DNA from: Prasinococcaceae sp. CCMP 1430
Lineage: Eukaryota > Plantae > Prasinodermophyta
Reading direction: 5' to 3'
DNA: 64,000 nt
Assembly: GCA_013416795.1 (NCBI GenBank)
Contig: RQSC01000523.1
Location: 267,435 to 331,434, forward strand
This document shows, piece by piece, positions 55,802-64,000 of the stretch; the stretch's first letter is position 1; the number at the start of each line of letters is the position of its first letter. The translations under genes and the position numbers were made by a program. Below the pieces are notes generated by a model. The model was not told where the DNA came from, did not search any database, and worked only from the letters and a program-made list of their open reading frames with translations.

Positions 55802-56087
55802 GGGGGTTGAGGCTGCGAGGGTGGGGCCCCGCCGCCCTTGTCTTGTTGTATACTACTGTTGGATTACCACTCAGCACCCACCGCGCCGAGCGCATGCAGA
55901 GCGACATGGCGAACCCCTCGAGCCCCGCAACCGCGCGCCAACGCACCTGCGGCGACGCATTGCCGCACACAGCCACACCCACCAAGGTTGCGAGACTCAA
56001 AACGATTTACGGGTCCCCGCCCGCCAATGGGCCGGTAGGGACCTGCAGCTGCAAGGCGCCCTCGCTCGCGCCCCTGCGGCGTTGGTC

Positions 56088-57237
56088 CTATTGATTGGCG
56101 AAGGCAATGCCCTTGTCGATGGAGCCCTTGAGCACATCGACGCACTCCTTGAGACCCTCGGCCTCGTACTCACTGATCTCGCCGATGGGCAGCACCTCCT
56201 CCGCGCCGCTGGGCCCGAGCTTCACCTTGGTGGAGAAGAAGGCCAGCTCGGTCACGTCGGAGGCAACGTACGAGCACTCGTACACGCGCTCGCCACTCAG
56301 GCCCTTGAGGCAGGCCTCGCCGAAGCGCGCGGCCGCGTAGGCCATCGACAGCGTCGCCGAGCCCGCGCCGGCCTTGGCCTCTACCACCTCGGTGCCGGCG
56401 TTCTGGATACGTACGGTGAGCGCCTCGATCTGCTCATGCGAGAAGTCGACGGCCGGCGTGGTCTGCGAGAGCAGCGGCAGGATGGTGGTGCCCGCGTGGC
56501 CGCCGATGACCGGCACGTCGACCTTGGCGACGTCGATGCCCGCAGCGTCGGCGACGAACTTGTCGGCGCGCACGATGTCGAGCGTGGTCACGCCGAAGAG
56601 CTTCTTCGGATCGAACACGCCCTTGGCCTTGAGCACCTCCGCGGCGATGGGCACAGTGGCGTTCACCGGGTTGGAGATGATGTTGATGAGCGCCTCCGGG
56701 CAGTGCTCGGCGATCCCCTCGACCAGGCTCTTGACAATGCCCGCGTTGATGTTGAAGAGGTCGTCGCGCGTCATGCCCGGCTTGCGCGGCACGCCCGCGG
56801 GGATGATGACGAGGTCGCAGCCCGTGAGGCAGTCGCCGAGCTCCTCCGCGCCGACGTAGCCCTTGACCTGCAGGCGCCCGGGGGCAATGCGGTGAGCAAG
56901 GTGCGCATGGCGTCAGCGCGATCGCGCGGGCGATCGCAGCGGGCGCGCATCAGATCGGGGGAGGAGGGCGGGTGGGGACGAGGGGAAGGGGAAGGGGAAG
57001 CGAAGTACACTTTTTGGGTGTGTGTGGGGGGGAGGGACCCACCTTGAGGCCAGCGTTGATGTGGCTGAGATCCGCGGCGACACCGGGCGTGTTGGCGATG
57101 TCATAGATGGCGAGCTCGTCCACATACGCGTTCATCGCCATGAGCAGCGACAGCGGCTGGCCGATGCCGCCCGCCGCGCCGAGCACCGCCACCTTGTAGC
57201 CGCACGTCGCCGCCGCGCGCCGCGTCGCGCAGCGCGG
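56088..57237 (-). CDS. MDH: NAD-dependent malate dehydrogenase, organellar type; exons 57237-57043 and 56867-56088; N-terminus in gap
   Basis: [54 protein letters not shown] and [10 protein letters not shown]. Confidence 0.95.
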
Positions 57238-57679
57238 NNNNNNNNNNNNNNNNNNNNNNNNNNNNNNNNNNNNNNNNNNNNNNNNNNNNNNNNNNNNNNN
57301 NNNNNNNNNNNNNNNNNNNNNNNNNNNNNNNNNNNNNNNNNNNNNNNNNNNNNNNNNNNNNNNNNNNNNNNNNNNNNNNNNNNNNNNNNNNNNNNNNNNN
57401 NNNNNNNNNNNNNNNNNNNNNNNNNNNNNNNNNNNNNNNNNNNNNNNNNNNNNNNNNNNNNNNNNNNNNNNNNNNNNNNNNNNNNNNNNNNNNNNNNNNN
57501 NNNNNNNNNNNNNNNNNNNNNNNNNNNNNNNNNNNNNNNNNNNNNNNNNNNNNNNNNNNNNNNNNNNNNNNNNNNNNNNNNNNNNNNNNNNNNNNNNNNN
57601 NNNNNNNNNNNNNNNNNNNNNNNNNNNNNNNNNNNNNNNNNNNNNNNNNNNNNNNNNNNNNNNNNNNNNNNNNNNNNNN
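57238..57679. other. Assembly gap (N run)
   Basis: Run of n. Confidence 1.
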
Positions 57680-58407
57680 CGGTGCGCCAGGCGGGCGGGA
57701 GCGGGCAGCCCTGGGAGAGCGCCGCCGTGTCGCGCCTCGCCGAGCGCGCGTGCGCGCCACGCGACGGGAGGTGCGGCTCGGAGCCTCCAGCGGCGCCGCT
57801 CATCGTCGAGGGCCCCGTGGGGACAGTCCTCGCTGCCGTAGGCGAGCAGGAAGACCACGATGTGGCCACCCGCGCTCTGAGCCGGCGGCAAGAGGCGCAG
57901 CTGCAAGAGAAGCTCGCGCGAGCGCGGACGCTCGTGCCGGGTGCCGAGGGAGACGCACCACGGCCGCGAGGTGCGGGCCGCGTGCGCGCCGCGCCGCACC
58001 TCGACCATGCCGAGACCAGGGGCTTGGGGCGGCCGCGAGCGCATAGAAGCGCGGCCAGCGGCGAGGACTCAGCAGGCATCATGCAGGCGCGCAGCGGGGA
58101 GCTGGCCTTCGGTGCTGTCTATGAGTACCGTGACTCGGCGGGCGTGCCGATGGTCTGCGGCTCGACCGCAAGGCGACCCGAGGAGCAGTTTTCGCGCGAC
58201 TTCGACGCGCACGGTGCGGCCGCGAGCGCGGCGGGCGTGCGCGCGCGCTCCGTGCGCGCCGAGGTCGTCTGGGCGGGCGTGGGCCGCGGCACGGTCGGCC
58301 AGCCCGACATGGACGCTATGCGCGAGGCCGTCGCTGCCGAGCGCGCCGCGCGCCTGCGCGTCGGCAAGCTCTCCGGGCCCAAGCCGTACAGCCGGCACGG
58401 CTGGTGA
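57680..58407 (+). CDS. Hypothetical protein, 5' partial; C-terminus weakly GIY-YIG-like
   Basis: Open frame from the gap to TGA 58407; GAVYEYRDSAGVPMVCGST motif. Confidence 0.5.
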
Positions 58408-58970
58408 GAGAGGGCCCGCTCTTCTGAGCTCAATTATTTCTAGCTAGTCTAGTCTAGTCTAGTCAGAACCTTCGAGAACGGGGCCGCGGCTGCCGGAGGC
58501 GTCACCGTGTCACAGAAGGCCAAGCAGCTCGCAATGTCCAGGCAAGGTGTCGCTCTGGCGATGACAGTAGGCGCCTGACGGTACCTTCTGTGCGGTGGCA
58601 TCCGCGCGCGCCAATGGCCTCTAATTGACACGCACGAAGAAGGTCCACGCCTTGCCACAAGTCTCACCGGCCCGCCCGCTGGGCCCTCGCGAGGCTCGGC
58701 ATCCAGAACGCAGCGAGGTAGCCTCGCGGGCGGGCCCGAGCGCGGGCGCTGCCGTCGCGCAGCCCGCCGCGCGCGAGGGGTCTCCCGAATGTTTGTGTTT
58801 CCGCAAGAGGGCACGCGGCCTGTATTCATTACTCCAGGATCGTGGAGGGCCGCGCGCCCGCAGCAGAGCCCCCAGCAGCAGAGAAGAGCGGGCGCGGGGC
58901 GTTTTTGCGATCGTTGGCCTAGGCCACGCGTCGCACGTGCGCCCCGCGTCCCCCGCGGGCGGAGAGGCGC

Positions 58971-59835
58971 TTACGCGCCGCCGCCGATCTTGAGCTTCTC
59001 CAGGCCGCGCTTCTTGATCACGCGGTTCTTGCGCTCCTTGCGCTGCTTGCGCGAGGACTCCTTCTTCACGACGAGGCCGGCGCGCACGAGGCGGTGCTTG
59101 GGCTCGAACTTCTTCATCGCGTCCACCGAGTCGTAGATGAGGCCGAAACCCGTCGAGCGGCCGCCGCCGAACTGCGTGCGGAAGCCGAAGAGCACCACGC
59201 ACGTCTGGTCCTTCACCGAGTACGCCGAGCAGAGCTTCTCCTGCAGCTCCTGTTGAAGCGCGCGGCGACAAGTAGGTGTGCGTGTGTGTGCAGGGGGAAT
59301 AGAGGGAGGGGGCGGCGGTCGAGGGGGCGCGGGGTCAGCCAACGCCGCAGGAATTTTTTTGGCGCGCGTGCGCGCGTTTGTGTGTCGGCCCGCGCCGCGG
59401 CGATCGATCACCGCGGTCGCAGCGTCCGTGGGTTCATTTTCCACACGGGCGGCCACAGCACCGCCGCGGCGGCCACGCAGCATCGCTCCAGGGCGCGACA
59501 GGCGGCTCGCGACCGCGCCGGCTGCGGGCTGCCGGGAGGCCCTCCTCGCGCACTCGTGCGGTGTGTGTGTTGTGTGTGTGTACGTGCATATGGCGGTTGT
59601 GGAAGGGTGGCGGCTGCGGCGGTAGCCGTGGACGGCTCGCTCGCAGCGGCTGCGGCCGCGCAGCCTCCTTGCGCGCCGCGGCGCAGCGCGGGGCGGCGGC
59701 GCGCGCGCGCGGACGCACCGACTTGGGCACGTTCGCGCGGCCCGGGTGGAGCACATCGCAGACGAACTGCTTGCGCGCCAGCAGGCGGTTGGTCATGAAC
59801 TTGCGGGTGCGGATGGTGCACGTCTTGTCCGACAT
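58971..59835 (-). CDS. RPS24: 40S ribosomal protein S24 (eS24); exons 59835-59719 and 59249-58971
   Basis: [28 protein letters not shown]|[37 protein letters not shown]. Confidence 0.96.
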
Positions 59836-61467
59836 GCTGTGAGGCGGCGGCGGCGGTCCGAGCGTCAGCGGCGGTTGCGACGCACATGCGCGCGCGCGCG
59901 CGCCTATGCGCATGCGCGAGCGAGCGGGTCGCGGAACGCGGAGGCCAGGGGGCGAGATGGGCGGCGCGATACTCGCGCGCGCGCTCCGGGTGGGGGCGCC
60001 GCGGCAGCCCCGCGCCTCCCCCGCACCCCCCCACGCGCGCGCGCGCGCGTGCGCGCGAGCCGCCACGAGAAGATCCCAATGCATTCCGACCCGCCGCGCA
60101 AACGAATGCGCTTTGACGGGGCGCCGCCGCCGCCGCCGGCGCCCCGACCTCTTTTATTTTGATTTTGATTTTTTTAGTTCGATTCCGAGCGTTGGCGCCG
60201 TCGTCGCGCGTCCCTTTTTTTGTTCCGTTTTTTTTTTTCGCCGCCCGGCGACGGGATGGCCGCGCCCCTCCATCCTTTTTCTTTTTCTTTTTCTTTCTTT
60301 TTTTTTCCATTTCCACTTCTTTTTCTTTTTTTTGGGCCGTGGCCGCGTGGGGCGAACGTACAGTACTCGGGCGAATTCCGCACGTACTAAGTCCCTCAAC
60401 TTGCGTAAGAGAAATTTCACTCCTTTTTCGCAGCCATGAGTACGTAAACTCGCCATGATAGTGCATGCATGAGGCCAGCGCCAAATGACTTTTCGGACAC
60501 CGCGAGCGCGTGCGAAAAAAAAAAGAAAAGAAAAAAGCGGGCCGAAAATGCGCTCGAAAGTTTTCATCTGCCGGCCGCTCCACACGCACACACATACGCG
60601 CGGGGTCGCCTGGCCTCAAAACCCGAACCCTCCCGCCGCGCGATTCTAGTTAGAAATTGACTCGGCGTTGCGTCGTATGCAGACCCTTTTGTTCTGACCC
60701 TCATTGCATCGCATCGTCGGGGAGGGTCGCCCGTGGGTTGATATATCGTCAAATGTAATGTTTGTGTTTCGTGCGCGATGCGTTCTGACGTGCGCGCGCG
60801 GCGCGCCGGCCGGCGGCGGCGGCGGCGGCTGCNGCGTGCCGCCCCCGGGATGGATCCTTTCCTGAGGTCGACGCTCGGCGTGCTGGCGACGGGGCGGGCG
60901 GGCGGGCCCAGGCTGGGCTCGCCGCGGTGCGCGCGCGCGCGCTCGCGAGGGCTCTGCGCGCGCCGGCTCTCAATGCTGGATCAGCAAAAGCAGGGCAGCG
61001 GAAGCGCGCGGCCGGTGCCGGCAGCAATGCCCGCGCCGCCAGCGCCGCCCCCGTGGGGTTGGCCGTTGTCGAGCCAGCGGCGTCCGCGGTGGTGGAGATC
61101 CCCTCCCGTCTTCCACCCGCGCGCCTGGCGCACCCGGCCTGTGCAGGTGGCGCCCGTATGCGCTCCGCTCGCTGTGCGCTTCAGGGCGCCGGTGTGCAGC
61201 TGGGTCTGAGGGCTGGAAACAGCGTCGGCGGCAAGCCCACGATGCGCCGCGCCGTGCCGCGCCGCGCTCGGTCAAGCTAGGCCTTGCAGGGAGAAACGAG
61301 CGCATGGCGCGGACGGCCGACGGCGGCGCGCCATCTCTGTGCGGGGTCGCTCGCGGCGCCGGATCGCCGCGCGACGCCGGCTTTCTTTTCTCGCGCTCCG
61401 TGAACGGCGCGCTGACGCCGCCGCCCTCGCGTTGCCCCCCTCGCTCGCGCGCGCGCCCCTTCCGCAG

Positions 61468-62247
61468 GCGCCCAAGGGCAAGAAGGTGGCTTCCATGCCC
61501 GGCAAGAAGAAGCCGGCCGCTGCGGCGCCCACCAACCCTCTCTTCGAGAAGAAGCCGAAGAACTTCGGCATCGGCCAGTCGAAGCCCCCCACCAAGGACC
61601 TCCACCGCTTCGTGAAGTGGCCGTTCTACGTGCGCCTCCAGCGCCAGCGCCGCATCCTCTCGAAGCGCCTCAAGATCCCGCCCCCGATCAACCAGTTCAA
61701 CCGCGCGGCCGACTCGTCGACCGCCAAGTCGATCTTCAAGCTGCTGATGAAGTACCGCCCGGAGGACAAGGCGGCCAAGAAGGAGCGCCTCCTCGCTGAG
61801 GCGACCGCCGTGGCGGAGGGCAAGGAGGTGTCCAAGTCCAAGCCGGTCGAGGTGAAGTACGGCCTGAACCACATCACCTACCTGATCGAGCAGAACAAGG
61901 CGCAGCTGGTGGTGATCGCCCACGACGTCGACCCGGTCGAGCTCGTGGTGTGGCTGCCGGCGCTCTGCCGCAAGATGGGGGTGCCCTACGCTATCGTCAA
62001 GTCCAAGGCCCGCCTTGGCGCGGTCGTGCACAAGAAGACCGCCACCGCGCTGGCGCTGACGGCCGTGAACAACGAGGACAAGGCCACCCTGTCCAAGCTC
62101 GTCGACTCGCTCGACGTGCAGTTCTCGGGCAACGAGAAGCTGCGCCGCGAGTGGGGTGGTGGTATCATGGGTAGCAAGAGCCAGCACAAGACGCGCGCGC
62201 GCGCGAAGCTCCTCGCCAAGGAGGCCGCCCAGCGCGCCGCCGTCTAA
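61468..62247 (+). CDS. RPL7A: 60S ribosomal protein L7a (eL8), main exon; ATG micro-exon not identified
   Basis: [71 protein letters not shown] branch point and CCGCAG acceptor. Confidence 0.96.
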   Translation, partial: APKGKKVASMPGKKKPAAAAPTNPLFEKKPKNFGIGQSKPPTKDLHRFVKWPFYVRLQRQRRILSKRLKIPPPINQFNRAADSSTAKSIFKLLMKYRPEDKAAKKERLLAEATAVAEGKEVSKSKPVEVKYGLNHITYLIEQNKAQLVVIAHDVDPVELVVWLPALCRKMGVPYAIVKSKARLGAVVHKKTATALALTAVNNEDKATLSKLVDSLDVQFSGNEKLRREWGGGIMGSKSQHKTRARAKLLAKEAAQRAAV

Positions 62248-62907
62248 GGCGCCGGCCCCAAGCCCACCCAACGCAGCTCCGGTAAATAAGAAAAAAAACA
62301 TTTCGAACAGAATTATCGGGGGCGCCTTCGCATTGCCTTTGACCTCTGCACGCGCGATGGCGCGCAAAAAAGGCAAAAAAAAAAAGGTGGGGCGCGTCCG
62401 ACGTCGTCGTCGTCGACCCCCGCCAGTTCGGCGGACGGCCCGGATGTGGACTGCGGATCATCCCGGTTTTCGCGCCTCGAAATCCGCGCTAGTCGCGGGT
62501 GAGACCCAGGCCTGACCCGGGGTGCTCGCATCGACACCTGAGGTTTTCGGCGCCGCCCGCCCGCGCGGGCGCGCCCCCCTCCCGCTCGGATCCTGCAACC
62601 GGCGCGTGCCGCGCGCGCGCCGCGCGCCCACGGAATTTCGCGCACCGCCAAATAATGCATTGTAAAGTATATCAATGATACGGATGAGGGTGTGAAATGA
62701 TGAATAATATGTGGTTTTGGCCTGCGGCCTGCGGGCCTGCGAACGAATGCGATGCGCCGGAGGGGGGCGCGGCGTGTGGTTGGCGGTGTGTGGGGGGGTG
62801 TTGGGCGCGGGCGCCACAGCGCGCGCGGCGGAGAGGGAGGTCCCCGTGCGCGCGCGCGCGCCCTTGCTTTCCCTCCGAGCCGGCCTGCCCGCCGCCCGCG
62901 CGCGCAG

Positions 62908-63515
62908 CGGCGCCCGCGCGCGGCCACGCGGCCGCGGCCGCGGCCGCGGAGGTGGTGGCGCCGCTGAAGCTGTTCGGCACGTCGGGCCGCTACGCGACGG
63001 CGCTCTACAAGGCCGCCGTGAAGTCCAAAGCCCTCCCCGCGGTCGCCGCCGACATGAAGGCGTTCAGCGAGGCCGTCGACGGCAGCGCGGTGATCGGAAA
63101 GTTCCTCGCCGACCCCACGCAGTCCGCGGCGGAGAAGAAGGGCATCGTCGACAGCTGGGCCAAGCAGGCGAAGTTGTCCGCGCCGGTGGCGAACATGTTC
63201 GCGGTGCTCGCGGAGAACGGCAGGCTCGCGGACTCGATGGGCGTCGCGGCGGACTTCGAGAAGCTCGTGCTCGCCGCCAAGGGTGCGGTCGAGGTGACCG
63301 TCACCTCGGTGGCCAAGCTCTCCCCCGCTGACATTACCGCGCTCAAGGGCTTCCTCAAGACCAACAAGATCTTCAACGGCGACAGCTTCACGCTGGTGGA
63401 GAAGCTCGACCCATCCATCGTCGGCGGCGTGGTCGTGCAGGCTGGGGACAAGCTCGTCGACCTGAGCGTCTCGAAGCGCATGGCCAAGCTGCAACGCGCT
63501 CTCGCAGCCAACTAG
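62908..63515 (+). CDS. ATP5O: Mitochondrial ATP synthase OSCP subunit, main exon; first exon not identified
   Basis: LFGTSGRYATALY, VLAENGRL, VTVTS and LDPSIVGGVVV..DKLVDLS. Confidence 0.92.
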
Positions 63516-63762
63516 AGCTGGGAGCAGGTGGTGGTGGTGTGTGGGTGGGGGGGAGCAAGCGCTGAATGTGCGCTGCCGCGGCGCCGGCGCGCGCGTTCGC
63601 GAGCGCGCGCGGAGGCAGTTGCACCCGGGGCGGGTGCGCTGCCGCAACATTTTTGATCGGAGTGCGCGAGCTAAGAGACAATGGCTTGAGCGCATGACGG
63701 GGGTGGTTGGGACACTGGCGCGCGTCTTATGATTCCGCGCGCGCCGGCATCGAGCGACGCGC

Positions 63763-63897
63763 CTAGGAGATGGGCGAGCCGTCGGGCATGTCCGGCACCG
63801 TCACCTTGCCACCGCCGACGACCAGCTCCTGCCCGCCGTAGGTCGCCACGCCGCCCTGCACGGTGAGCTGCACCTTGATGCGGTCCCAGAACTTGGA
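63763..63897 (-). CDS. Terminal exon of an unidentified gene continuing beyond the window
   Basis: CTGAC branch point and CCGCAG acceptor, then SKFWDRIKVQLTVQGGVATYGGQELVVGGGKVTVPDMPDGSPIS* with GC3-rich codons. Confidence 0.55.
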   Translation of the reverse strand, partial: SKFWDRIKVQLTVQGGVATYGGQELVVGGGKVTVPDMPDGSPIS

Positions 63898-64000
63898 CTG
63901 CGGGGGACGGCGAGCGAAGCGTGTACATGCGAGCGCGCGTCGTTGTCAGCCTCAGCCAGCGAACACCCCCGCAGCAGCGGCGCGCGGCGGCGCGCGCCGT

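Noticed and set aside
60650-60790. C/D box snoRNA candidates (two GTTCTGAC words; also ATGATGA at 62697)
   Set aside because: No properly paired box C and box D with a terminal stem could be found.
60850-61280. Possible gene fragment after N 60833 (MDPFLRSTLG..)
   Set aside because: Frame ambiguous, no recognisable motif, and flanked by suspected assembly joins.

Overview
Very GC-rich, gene-dense eukaryotic nuclear DNA with short GT-AG introns (CTGAC/CTAAC branch points), TGTAA-type poly(A) signals, telo-boxes and plastid-function genes (CHLI, HCF164, pTAC10-like, DUF1825). It is most consistent with a compact green alga of prasinophyte grade (inference). About 40 genes or gene fragments can be modelled by eye. 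They include ribosomal proteins (eS19, eS24, eL33, eL8), mitochondrial subunits and factors (COX4/OZI1-like, ATP synthase e, OSCP, TMEM186), PRMT5, PAT1, a TEY MAPK, SPP, VPS23, PIG-C, TMEM33, CENP-X, eIF4A-III, DPM1, MDH, a CASTOR/POLLUX-like channel, PLA2G12, an animal-like CSAD/GAD decarboxylase, an MpaB/Lcp-like oxygenase and an ankyrin-JmjC protein. The assembly is imperfect: there are 3 long N gaps, 6 single-N joins and several unmarked junctions at GC microrepeats that fuse or truncate genes. Most interesting: (1) a transaldolase homologue that has lost its catalytic residues but kept its phosphate-binding residues; (2) a 209-nt foldback hairpin built from ~30-nt subrepeats; (3) a large Myb/SANT-like + S1 pTAC10-like protein; (4) two micro-exon OXPHOS genes on one short divergent promoter; (5) several patchily distributed enzymes. 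All product calls come from motif recognition from memory; no database searches were run.
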